DNA from: Gemmatimonadales bacterium
GTDB lineage: Bacteria; Gemmatimonadota; Gemmatimonadetes; Gemmatimonadales; GWC2-71-9
DNA length: 64,000 bases
Reading direction: 5' to 3'
NCBI GenBank assembly: GCA_035575675.1
Contig: DATLXS010000100.1
Location: 30,259-94,258, forward strand
Below, piece by piece: positions 35,225-43,715 of this stretch; position 1 is the first letter of the stretch; the number at the start of each line of letters is the position of its first letter. Under the pieces are notes generated by a model. The model had not been told where the DNA came from, did no database searches, and saw nothing but the letters and a program-made list of their open reading frames with translations. A program made the translations under genes and the position numbers.

Positions 35225-36198
35225 GCTCAGCCCAATTCCCGATTCGCCGCATGCGGCGGCTGCGCCGTACCGCCGCCCTTCGCCGCCTGGTGTCCGAGAC
35301 GCACATAGTGCCATCGCAACTCATATGGCCACTGTTTGTGGTGCACGGCCAAGGAGTGCGCCGCCCCATCGCCGCCCTGCCTGGCGTGTCGCACGTTTCA
35401 GTCGATGAAATAGTGAAGGACGCCGAGCGGGCCGCGTCGCTCGGACTGGGCGGCATCATCCTGTTCGGGATTCCGGCGACGAAAGACGCCACCGGCTCCG
35501 AAGCCTACGACGACCAGGGGATCGTGCAGCAGGCGATCCGAGCGGTGAAGCGCGCAGTGCCGCAGCTGCTCGTGGTTGGGGACGTGTGCCTCTGCGAATA
35601 CACCGACCACGGTCACTGCGGCGTCATTCGTGATGGCGACGTGGACAACGATTCGTCCGTCTACCTGCTCGGGAAGGTCGCGGTGATGCAGGCGCGCGCA
35701 GGCGTGGACCTCGTCGCGCCGAGCGACATGATGGACGGCCGCGTCGCCGGCATCCGCAAGGCGCTCGACGCGGGCGGATTCTCGCACGTTCCGATCATGT
35801 CATATGCGGCGAAGTTTGCGTCTGCGTTCTATGGGCCGTTTCGCGAAGCCGCCGGCTCCACGCCGCAGTTCGGGGACCGGCAGTCCTATCAGATGGCGGT
35901 CGCCAACGGCGACGAGGCCATGAAAGAGATGCAACTCGATCTGGACGAAGGTGCGGACATCGTGATGGTCAAGCCGGCGGGTCCGTGTCTCGACCTGATC
36001 CGGCGGGCCAAGGAGCGCTTCGGCGCTCCGCTCGGCGCGTATCAGGTGAGCGGCGAGTACGCGATGATCAAGGCCGCGGCGGAACGCGGCATGATCGATG
36101 AGGATCGAGCGATGTGGGAGTCGGTCACGGCAATCCGAAGGGCCGGCGCGGATATCATCCTGACATATTTCGCGCCGACCCTCGCCGAGGAACTGTAG
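35221..36198 (+). CDS. hemB: porphobilinogen synthase (ALA dehydratase)
   Basis: RRMRRLRR...LIWPLFV, the metal-site region [23 protein letters not shown] and [13 protein letters not shown] overlap with hemC. Confidence 0.9.
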   Translation: MSSAQFPIRRMRRLRRTAALRRLVSETHIVPSQLIWPLFVVHGQGVRRPIAALPGVSHVSVDEIVKDAERAASLGLGGIILFGIPATKDATGSEAYDDQGIVQQAIRAVKRAVPQLLVVGDVCLCEYTDHGHCGVIRDGDVDNDSSVYLLGKVAVMQARAGVDLVAPSDMMDGRVAGIRKALDAGGFSHVPIMSYAAKFASAFYGPFREAAGSTPQFGDRQSYQMAVANGDEAMKEMQLDLDEGADIVMVKPAGPCLDLIRRAKERFGAPLGAYQVSGEYAMIKAAAERGMIDEDRAMWESVTAIRRAGADIILTYFAPTLAEEL

Positions 36199-36201
36199 AC
36201 C

Positions 36202-36879
36202 CTATCTGATGTCCGTGGTGCCAGGCGGCAGCAGCAGGTAGCGCCACAGCCCCGCGGCGACCGCCGCACCGAGCAGCGGACCAATCCAATAGACCGCCTG
36301 CGCGTGCCAGTCCCACGAGACCAGGGCTGGACCGAAGGCGCGGGCGGGATTCAGCGCAGCGCCGGTGAGCACGCCTCCGCCCAGCACGCACACGAGCACG
36401 ACCAGACCGATCGCGAATCCTGCGACGCGCTGCGCCTGCGACGAGACGACGGTGCCGTAGACGGCGCTGACGAGGAAGAACGTAAAGAGCGCCTCGAGTG
36501 CGGTCGCGCTCCCAAAGGTCATGCTCCCGGCGACCTGCGGCGTGCCCAGCGAGGTCATGCGCGCGGGGGATGCGGGGAAGAGCGCCTTGATGAACAAGGC
36601 GCCGACGATCGCGCCGAGCAGCTGCGCCAACACGTACTTGCCCAGCGTGAGCGCGTCGATCTGCTTGCCGAGCCAGAGGGCAAAGCTCACCGCCGGATTG
36701 ATGTGGCCGCCCGAGATGGGCATCATGATCGTGACGACGAGAGCGAGTCCGATGCCGTTCGCGAGAGCCGCGCCCAGCGCGCCGGCGACATTTGTGACGG
36801 CGCTGCCCGCGCCGACGAGTACGAAGAGCGCCGTTCCGACGAATTCCGCCGCGGGAGCCCGGAGAGACCGGTAGTTCAC
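36202..36879 (-). CDS. aqpZ: MIP-family aquaporin
   Basis: Two NPA boxes (GGHINPAVS and GAALNPARAFGP). GTG start with GAGG 8 nt upstream. Confidence 0.9.
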   Translation of the reverse strand: MNYRSLRAPAAEFVGTALFVLVGAGSAVTNVAGALGAALANGIGLALVVTIMMPISGGHINPAVSFALWLGKQIDALTLGKYVLAQLLGAIVGALFIKALFPASPARMTSLGTPQVAGSMTFGSATALEALFTFFLVSAVYGTVVSSQAQRVAGFAIGLVVLVCVLGGGVLTGAALNPARAFGPALVSWDWHAQAVYWIGPLLGAAVAAGLWRYLLLPPGTTDIR

Positions 36880-36909
36880 GTGTGACCTCGGGTTGAAAGC
36901 CCGGCCAAT

Positions 36910-38163
36910 CTACCGGTCGCCGCTGTCCGGCCGCAACACCAGGGAAGCGTTGATTCCGCCGAAACCGAAGGAATTTGAAACGGCGGCGGCGGGCGAGGCG
37001 GTCCGGCCGCCTCCCGGCAGGCAGTCCAGATCGCACTGCGGATCAGGGTTCTCGAGGTTGATCGTGGGGGGGAGCCAGCCCCGCGACAACGCGAGTGCGC
37101 AAATCGCCGCCTCGATGGCGCCGCTCGCCCCCAGCGCATGGCCGTAGTAGCCCTTCGTGCCGCTGACGATGAGACGGTAGGCGTGATCGCCGAAGACCTG
37201 CTTGATGGCGGACGTCTCGGTGGAATCGTTGAGCGGCGTGGATGAGCCGTGCGCGTTGATGTACCCGACTTCCGCCGGCGCGACATCGCCATCGGCGAGC
37301 GCAAGCTGCATGGCACGCGCCGCCTGGCGGCCATCGGGCCGTGGCGCGGTCATGTGGTACGCGTCGTTGGTGTAGGCGTGGCCGACGACTTCGGCGTAGA
37401 TCCTGGCGCCGCGCGCGCGCGCGCGGCTGCGCTCCTCGAGCACGACGACTGCCGCGCCCTCGCCCATCACGAAACCGTCCCGGGCCCGGTCGAACGGCCG
37501 GGAGGCGCGCGCGGGATCGTCGTTGCGCGTGCTCATCGCCCGGATGTTGCTGAACGCCGCGAAGGTGAGCGGCGCAAGCGGCGCCTCCGCCCCTCCCGCG
37601 AGCATCACGTCGGCGCGCCCATCGCGCACGACGTGAAACGCCTCGCCGACGGCGATCGTCCCCGACGCGCAGCTCATCGCGTTCGTGGCATTGGGTCCCG
37701 TGCATCCGAACTCGATGGCGATGTTACAGCTCGCCGCGCCGCAGAAGACGGCAAGCGCCAGCGAGGCATCGAGCCCCCGCGGGCCGTGCGCGAGGTACTG
37801 CGGCACTTGCTGCTCGGCGAACGCCACGCCCCCGAGCGCCGATCCCATCATCGTCCCCACGCGGTCGCCGTCTTCCTTGCGCGGCTCGACGCCAGCGTCG
37901 GCGAGTGCCAGACGCGCGCTCGTTACCGCGAGCTGCGAAAAGCGATCCAGGCGCTTTGCGCGCTTCGCGTCGAGATGATCTTGCGGGCGGAAATCGGGTA
38001 TCTCCGCGGCCATGTGGCTGCGGAACGGCGTGGGATCGAAGCGCGTGATCGTCCGCACGGCGGAGGCGCGGGCGGCCAGGCCATCCCAGAGCCCGGCGGC
38101 GCTCGTGCCGATAGGCGTGACAGCGCCGACTCCGGTGATCACGACCCGACGGAAACTCTTCAT
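36910..38163 (-). CDS. fabF: beta-ketoacyl-ACP synthase II-type condensing enzyme (stand-alone)
   Basis: VVITGVGAVTPIG. Catalytic triad contexts are SCASG, NAHGSSTPLND and GHALGASGA. Confidence 0.85.
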   Translation of the reverse strand: MKSFRRVVITGVGAVTPIGTSAAGLWDGLAARASAVRTITRFDPTPFRSHMAAEIPDFRPQDHLDAKRAKRLDRFSQLAVTSARLALADAGVEPRKEDGDRVGTMMGSALGGVAFAEQQVPQYLAHGPRGLDASLALAVFCGAASCNIAIEFGCTGPNATNAMSCASGTIAVGEAFHVVRDGRADVMLAGGAEAPLAPLTFAAFSNIRAMSTRNDDPARASRPFDRARDGFVMGEGAAVVVLEERSRARARGARIYAEVVGHAYTNDAYHMTAPRPDGRQAARAMQLALADGDVAPAEVGYINAHGSSTPLNDSTETSAIKQVFGDHAYRLIVSGTKGYYGHALGASGAIEAAICALALSRGWLPPTINLENPDPQCDLDCLPGGGRTASPAAAVSNSFGFGGINASLVLRPDSGDR

Positions 38164-38618
38164 GCGCTCTCCGTTGCTTTCTTGATACCAGCCAAGGTTC
38201 TCGACGCGATGCCGTGGATGAACACCGGACCGATCACGAGATCCGCGGCCAGCGGTCCGATGAGCGGCCAGCGCGGTCCGTCCCAGGTGTGGACGATCTC
38301 GACATTCACTACGTCTTTACCTTCACCATCCTCCACCAGCCTCCACACCACTTCCATTCCAGTTGTTACCCCCCGCACGTGGTGATAGCGGATTTCGCCC
38401 GCGGGACGGTCGATCGTCATCTCCGACACCCACCACGCCGGGTACTTGAGGAGCCCGCGTGCAAAGGGACGCCATGCGGCCATCTCAACGAGACCGTCGT
38501 TCAGGATGTGAACCCAGCGGTAGTGCGGCAGAATCGCGGGCCAGCGCGCCACCGCACTGGCCGCGGCGAAGACGCGAGGGAATGGGGCATGAATGCGAAG
38601 GCGGTCGACAGTGCGCAT
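38160..38618 (-). CDS. SRPBCC (START/polyketide cyclase-dehydrase-like) family protein
   Basis: About 150 aa with the typical N-terminal I.AP...V......WP...PH pattern. ATGA overlap with fabF. Confidence 0.6.
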   Translation of the reverse strand: MRTVDRLRIHAPFPRVFAAASAVARWPAILPHYRWVHILNDGLVEMAAWRPFARGLLKYPAWWVSEMTIDRPAGEIRYHHVRGVTTGMEVVWRLVEDGEGKDVVNVEIVHTWDGPRWPLIGPLAADLVIGPVFIHGIASRTLAGIKKATESA

Positions 38619-39118
38619 CAGCGGCTGAGGCCTGCGTAGCCCCCTCTATAGTAGAGCAGCGGGCGCCGGTCGGTGACGTCCCCTCCCACGACCAGCCCGA
38701 TGAAGATCGTGTGGTCGCCGGCCGGGACCGCGCTGCGCTTTTCGCACTCGATGTGGGCGACGGTGCCGTCGAGCACCACGATGCCGCGATCGTTCTCACG
38801 GTAGCTCACGCCCTTGAAGCGGTCGGGCTCGGCACCCGCGAAGCGGCGCGACAGCGCCTCCTGCTCGGCGGCAAGAATGTTGAAGACCCAGTGGCTGGCG
38901 CTCTCGAGCGCGGCATGCATCTCGTGAATCTTCTCGACGGCGACGACGACGAGCGGCGGCTCGAGCGAAACGGACGCGAGCGAATTCGCCGTCATGCCGA
39001 CGGGATCGCCTTTGACGGTGCGGCAGGTGATCACCGTGACACCGGTGGCAAAACGGCCGAGGAGCTGGCGGAACAGCGGCGGCTCGACGCCGCTCGGGGC
39101 CCGGCCTGGCAGGCTCAC
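38618..39118 (-). CDS. flavin reductase-like (HpaC/NADH:FMN oxidoreductase family)
   Basis: FRQLLGRFATGVTVIT...GMTANSLASVSLEPPLV...GDHTIFIG.V. The GTG start overlaps the upstream stop (GTGA). Confidence 0.8.
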   Translation of the reverse strand: MSLPGRAPSGVEPPLFRQLLGRFATGVTVITCRTVKGDPVGMTANSLASVSLEPPLVVVAVEKIHEMHAALESASHWVFNILAAEQEALSRRFAGAEPDRFKGVSYRENDRGIVVLDGTVAHIECEKRSAVPAGDHTIFIGLVVGGDVTDRRPLLYYRGGYAGLSR

Positions 39119-40320
39119 AGGAGCAGCCCGGTCAGGACGCGCGGTGTCAGTGCCGCACCGGCGGGGACGCAGTTGCCGGTCGCCCGGACGAGCAGATGCG
39201 CGAGCTCGGGCCGGCGAATCATCCGTCCCACGACGCGCTCGATCAACGCAGGCCATCCGACCGCGATCCCGATCATTCGCTCGAGCAGCCACTTCGCGCC
39301 GAACTCGCGGCGGCGCGCCCGGGCGTACGCCTGGAGGCTCGCGCCGGTGGTGAGCGTGGCGAGAATTGCCGCCGCGGCGAGCTCGGCGCCGCGCAACGCG
39401 CTGTAGATCCCCTGGCCCGTGAACGGATCGAAGAAGTCGGCGGCGTCGCCCACGAGCAACGCGCTCCCCCCTCCGCTGGCGCCCGCCGCCACCGCCCGCC
39501 GCGACCAGCGCGCAAAGGGCCCCGTCGCCAGCACGTGCCGCACGATACGCCCTGCATCGAAGCGGCCGGCGATGCCGGGAAAACGATTCAGCTCGTCGAA
39601 GAATCGGTTGCCGCGCCGTGCCTCGGCGAACGGCACGACCAGCGCGACGGTCGTCACGCCGTCTCCGATGGGACCGAGTCCGACGTACCCCTGGCGTCCC
39701 ACGTGCATCTCGCCGACGTCGTCGACATCCTGCACTCCGGCGACGTGGGCTGTGAACGCGACGCGCTTGGGGCCGATCGCGTGGACCGGACCCAGCCGCC
39801 TTGCGACGACGGAGCGCAGGCCGTCCGCGCCGACGACAATGCGCGAGCGATACGAGTCCCGAGTCCCGTGCCCCGTGTCCCGAGCAACGACGCCCGCCAC
39901 CGCGCCGCGGTCATACAGAACCTCCTCAACCTTGACACCCTCGCGAACCTCCGCGCCCGCGGCTTCAGCCCCGGCGCGCAGGATGGTGTCGAAGCGGGTG
40001 CGCGGGAGCGCGTAACTGAAAGTCGCGAAGCGGCCGACCACGGCCGCGCCGCTCGGGGCGACCACCTTCATCCCCGTGAGCCGGGCCGGTGACGCGGCGG
40101 CCACGGCGCCCAGGACGTCCTGGCCGAGGCGCTCGAGTACTCGTGTCGATTCCGGGCTCAGGTATTCGGAGCAGGGCTTGTCACGGGGGAAGCGCGCGCG
40201 GTCGAGCAGCAGCACCCGCGCCCCGGCCCGCGCGAGCTGCAGCGCGGTCGCGGATCCCGCCGGGCCGGCGCCGACGACGACGGCATCCCAGCGCGCGCTC
40301 ACGCGATGAGTCCCGCGCAT
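39115..40320 (-). CDS. geranylgeranyl-reductase-family FAD-dependent oxidoreductase
   Basis: DAVVVGAGPAGSATA, RDKPCSEYLSP, GADGLRS and GDAADFFDPFTGQG. The start is ATG 40320 or GTG 40302 (GTGA overlap with the upstream stop). Confidence 0.75.
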   Translation of the reverse strand: MRGTHRVSARWDAVVVGAGPAGSATALQLARAGARVLLLDRARFPRDKPCSEYLSPESTRVLERLGQDVLGAVAAASPARLTGMKVVAPSGAAVVGRFATFSYALPRTRFDTILRAGAEAAGAEVREGVKVEEVLYDRGAVAGVVARDTGHGTRDSYRSRIVVGADGLRSVVARRLGPVHAIGPKRVAFTAHVAGVQDVDDVGEMHVGRQGYVGLGPIGDGVTTVALVVPFAEARRGNRFFDELNRFPGIAGRFDAGRIVRHVLATGPFARWSRRAVAAGASGGGSALLVGDAADFFDPFTGQGIYSALRGAELAAAAILATLTTGASLQAYARARRREFGAKWLLERMIGIAVGWPALIERVVGRMIRRPELAHLLVRATGNCVPAGAALTPRVLTGLLL

Positions 40321-40880
40321 ACGGCGCCCGTCAGCGTAGCCGCGAGATTCACCGCGTCGTTGTCCACCCACCGGACCTTCCCTTGGACCGTCGCGCCCAG
40401 CAGAGAGTCGAGCACCATGCCGATGATTCCCGCAACCGCTACTCTCATCGCCAGCCCGAGGCCCGAGCCCCCAGGCCCTAGCCCCACCGCCAGCCCCGCA
40501 ATGAGTCCTGCACCCGCGATTCCTCCCACCGTACCAAGAAGCGTCATACCCCCGTCAGTGCCGGCGGGAACGCGAGCTCCAGTCGTGATGAGGCGGGGCG
40601 GCGTGGGTGAAAAGCGACCGATCTCCGTGGCCCAGGTGTCGGCCGTCGCCGCAGCGAGCGCACCGGCGAATGCAAGCCAACTCCCGAGCAACGCGGAGAG
40701 TGCGGCGATGCCGCCATTGGCGATGACCTGTCTATGATTTCGGGAAGTCTTGTTCGACAACAAACTCGATGAGACAAAAAAACCGAGCAGCAACAGCAAG
40801 CCTCGCCATCCCAGTCCGTATCCGGTCGCCAGCCCTACGCCCAACGCCGCCGCCACGCCTCGGCCGGTCAGCCACTTCAC
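40299..40880 (-). CDS. DUF92 / COG1836 (TMEM19-VTE6 family) integral membrane protein, short form
   Basis: FFVSSSLLS and AATADTWATEIG motifs with multiple TM helices. GTG 40880 overlaps the anti-sigma stop (GTGA). The upstream part of the ORF is antisense to the anti-sigma gene. Confidence 0.7.
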   Translation of the reverse strand: MKWLTGRGVAAALGVGLATGYGLGWRGLLLLLGFFVSSSLLSNKTSRNHRQVIANGGIAALSALLGSWLAFAGALAAATADTWATEIGRFSPTPPRLITTGARVPAGTDGGMTLLGTVGGIAGAGLIAGLAVGLGPGGSGLGLAMRVAVAGIIGMVLDSLLGATVQGKVRWVDNDAVNLAATLTGAVCAGLIA

Positions 40881-41101
40881 TCCCCGAACAACTCGCGCAG
40901 CACGCGCTTCTTGAGCTCCGTCGGTGCTCCCTGCGTCTTGCACCGGGCGCGCAGGAATTTCAGGAACAGCTCCTCGAAATCGTACTGCTCCTCGCACGGC
41001 GGGCAGTCCTCGAGATGCGCGCGGATTTCCTGCTCGAGCTCCGGCGTGACCTCACGGTCCAGGAACTCATAGAGATGTTCAACGCACTCGCGACAGTTCA
41101 T
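40877..41101 (-). CDS. soluble zinc-binding anti-sigma factor (ZAS, RsrA-like)
   Basis: 74 aa with no TM helix. C3 and C6 plus H29-x3-C33-x2-C36 (RAHLEDCPPC). ATGA overlap with the sigma gene. Confidence 0.8.
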   Translation of the reverse strand: MNCRECVEHLYEFLDREVTPELEQEIRAHLEDCPPCEEQYDFEELFLKFLRARCKTQGAPTELKKRVLRELFGE

Positions 41102-41727
41102 GCGGGACTTCCTTTGATGTATCCCATCTCGACCGCGTAATCATAGAGCTTGCCCTGCAGCAACTGGCGGGCACGAAACAGCCGCGATTTCACGGTACCG
41201 ACCGGCACGCCGAGAATGCCCGCGATCTCCTGATATGACATCCCTTCGACGTCGCTCAGCACCAGCGTCTCCCGAAACGCCACGGGCAGCTGATCGATGG
41301 CCCGCAATACCTGGTCGTCGACGATCTTGTCGAAGAACGCCCCCTGCGGATCCTCGTCCTGCACGTCCGGAAACACGGCGTACGGCTCGATGGCATCCAC
41401 GTCCACCGTTTCGGGGTGCCGCGTGCGGCGACGGTACTCATTGATGAACGCATGCCTCAGAATCGTGAGCATCCACGCCTTCGCATTGGTTCCCTTCTCG
41501 TACTGATCCCAGGCGCGGTAGGCCTTGAGCATGGTCTCCTGGACCAGGTCATCGGCATCGGCGGGGTTGCCCGTGAGGCGCAGGGCGACGCGGTAGAGCA
41601 CGTCGAGGTGCACCAGCGCTTCGCGCTCGAAGCTGGCGCGCTTCTCATCGACCGGCACGGGGGACGAAGCAGGAGGGACGGGTGGAGACTTGGCCATGGC
41701 TGTTCCTGAAGGCTCATGTGGTTCCAT
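41098..41727 (-). CDS. ECF-type RNA polymerase sigma factor (SigR-like context)
   Basis: Region 2 (LYRVALRLTGNPADADDLVQETMLKAYRAW) and region 4 (RETLVLSDVEGMSYQEIAGILGVPVGTVKSRL). Confidence 0.85.
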   Translation of the reverse strand: MEPHEPSGTAMAKSPPVPPASSPVPVDEKRASFEREALVHLDVLYRVALRLTGNPADADDLVQETMLKAYRAWDQYEKGTNAKAWMLTILRHAFINEYRRRTRHPETVDVDAIEPYAVFPDVQDEDPQGAFFDKIVDDQVLRAIDQLPVAFRETLVLSDVEGMSYQEIAGILGVPVGTVKSRLFRARQLLQGKLYDYAVEMGYIKGSPA

Positions 41728-41768
41728 GAGTTCCGCAATGGGGGAGGGGATGCTAGGTTTCGCGCGCC

Positions 41769-42350
41769 GTGGTGCACAGCATCGTCCCGCTCGCCGTCCT
41801 CGAGGCGGTCAAGAATCTCGACACTCCCGTGGAAGACGGGCTCACGGAGTTCGCTGACGAGTTGTTGGTCAAGCGCCTTGGCCTCTCTTCCACCGTGCAA
41901 ATGCAGCTCGATGAATTCGAGCAGCTCGTGCGCAAAGACGCCCGGGTCGAGCCGTCGCACGTGGAAGCGCTGCTGCGGCTGGTGGGGCGCCGGCCCGATG
42001 CCGATCTCGTGTTCGCCGACGCGGGCAGGCGCGCCGCGCGCCGCGCGGTGAAGCGGATGTTCGCCCTGTCGCGGCTGTTCGGCCATGCCGCGGCGCGGCG
42101 CGGGGCGCGCGTGGTCCTGGGCGCCGAGCTGGGCTGGGAACAACGGCTCCCCGTTGCGCGCGTCAACGATCCGATCGCGATTCAGGCGACGCCGGACGGC
42201 GCGGCCTGCGGTTTCTACGGCGCCGGTCTGGTCGAGCTGCTGCGCCTGCTCGTCGGCTACGAGGGCGCGATGCTCCATGTCGCGTGCCGCGCGCGCGGCG
42301 GGCCGGGATGCGAGTGGCGCGCCGCCGGCCCTGATCCCCGGCACCAATGA
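41769..42350 (+). CDS. hypothetical protein, possible V4R-like small-molecule-binding domain
   Basis: The C-terminal ACGFYGAGLVELL...HVACRARGGPGCEW resembles the Cys pattern of V4R domains. This is a weak call. Confidence 0.4.
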   Translation: MVHSIVPLAVLEAVKNLDTPVEDGLTEFADELLVKRLGLSSTVQMQLDEFEQLVRKDARVEPSHVEALLRLVGRRPDADLVFADAGRRAARRAVKRMFALSRLFGHAAARRGARVVLGAELGWEQRLPVARVNDPIAIQATPDGAACGFYGAGLVELLRLLVGYEGAMLHVACRARGGPGCEWRAAGPDPRHQ

Positions 42351-43534
42351 GACTCCTCGAGAACTTCGATTTTGCCGCCCTGCGCGAGCTGCTCGGCACG
42401 CTCGGCGCCGACGGCTGGCTGCTCTATGACTTTCACGGCATCAATCCGTCGGCGACACGCGTGCTCGGCATCCACGGCATGGGGACGCGCCGGTTCTTTG
42501 TGTTGTTGCCCCGAGCCGGCAAGCCCGTCGCGATCGCGCATCGCATCGAGCTTGCGTCGTTCGAAGGATTCCCCGGTGAGGTGCGGCCCTACGCGGCGTG
42601 GTCCGAGCTGCATGGCCAGCTGCGCGCGCTGGTCGCCGGCAAGACGGTCGCGATGGAAGTCTCGCCGTCCGACGCGGTACCGTACCTCGACCGCGTGCCG
42701 CACGGCGTGGTCCAGCTGCTCGAGGGGTTTGGCGCCCGCGTCGTGTCGTCAGGCGCATTGATCACGCGCTTTGCCGCGCGCTGGTCGGCGAGCGAGCTGA
42801 CGGGGCACAGGCGCGCGGCCGAGGCGCTCCGGGAGATCGCGCACGACGCGTTGCGCTGGGCGGGGAGTGAGCTGGCACGTGGGGGGGGCGCCGAGGTGCG
42901 CGAGACGACGGTGCAGGCCCGCGTGATGGCGTCGTTCGCGCGCGCCGGCCTCGTGACCGATCATCCGCCGATCGTCGGCTTCCAGGCGAACGCCGCCAAT
43001 CCGCATTATGAGCCGAAGCCGGGCGCCGACCGCGTTCTCGCTGCAGGCGACTTACTGCTGCTCGACCTCTGGGCGGGGGTGGCGCTCGGGACCGTGTTTG
43101 CCGATCAAACCTGGATGGGGTTTGCGGGGCGAGAGCCGAGTGCCGAGGTGCGCAAGGTGTGGGATGCGGTGCGCGGGGCGCGGGATGCGGCGGTCGGGTT
43201 GTTGCAAGACCGCTGGAAGAAGAAAGCGGCCGTGACCGGCGCGGCGCTCGACGACGCGGCGCGCGGTGTAATTCGCGCCGCGGGGTTCGGGGACTATTTC
43301 GTGCATCGCACCGGACATTCGATCGATCGCGATCTGCACGGATCGGGTCCGCATCTCGACAACTTCGAGACGGCGGATGAGCGGACGCTCATCACCGGCG
43401 TCGGGTTTTCGGTCGAGCCGGGTGTGTACCTGACGGGACGCTTTGGCATTCGCAGCGAGATCAACGTGTATCTGGCGGAGTCTGGTCCCGAGGTGACGCC
43501 GAAACAGCCGCAGCAGGAGTTGTTGCTGGTGTAA
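42347..43534 (+). CDS. M24-family metallopeptidase (Xaa-Pro aminopeptidase-like)
   Basis: DLWAG..., HRTGHSIDRDLHG and GFSVEPGVY metal-ligand contexts. ATGA overlap with the upstream gene. Confidence 0.8.
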   Translation: MRLLENFDFAALRELLGTLGADGWLLYDFHGINPSATRVLGIHGMGTRRFFVLLPRAGKPVAIAHRIELASFEGFPGEVRPYAAWSELHGQLRALVAGKTVAMEVSPSDAVPYLDRVPHGVVQLLEGFGARVVSSGALITRFAARWSASELTGHRRAAEALREIAHDALRWAGSELARGGGAEVRETTVQARVMASFARAGLVTDHPPIVGFQANAANPHYEPKPGADRVLAAGDLLLLDLWAGVALGTVFADQTWMGFAGREPSAEVRKVWDAVRGARDAAVGLLQDRWKKKAAVTGAALDDAARGVIRAAGFGDYFVHRTGHSIDRDLHGSGPHLDNFETADERTLITGVGFSVEPGVYLTGRFGIRSEINVYLAESGPEVTPKQPQQELLLV

Positions 43535-43543
43535 CTACTCAAC

Positions 43544-43592
43544 AGCAGGTCCTTCGCTGCGCGCGCGTTCCGCGCGCTCCGCTCAGGATGAC
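43544..43592 (-). repeat. GTCATCCTGAGC...GAAGGACCTGCT structured repeat, long variant (reverse orientation)
   Basis: Conserved 12-nt flanks around a GC hairpin core (GCGCGCG-ttc-CGCGCGC). Near-identical to 50308-50356. Confidence 0.85.
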
Positions 43593-43680
43593 AAGCCGTG
43601 ACTCGTCCCCCCAAAAAAATGGGAAGAAGTTTCTCTCCCCTCCCCACTATTTATTCTCCTCCACGCTAGCGAGCGAGCGT

Positions 43681-43715
43681 GTCATCCTGAGCCCCGCAGG
43701 GGCGAAGGACCTGCT
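43681..43715 (+). repeat. GTCATCCTGAGC...GAAGGACCTGCT structured repeat, short variant
   Basis: Same flanks; the core is CCCC-gca-GGGG. Overlaps the ctaA 3' end. Confidence 0.85.

Noticed and set aside
43544-43715. MITE or IS element / mobile island
   Set aside because: No transposase, target-site duplication or terminal inverted repeats of IS type could be identified. The elements look like REP-type structured repeats. The window as a whole has no integrase, phage or plasmid genes and no obvious compositional island.
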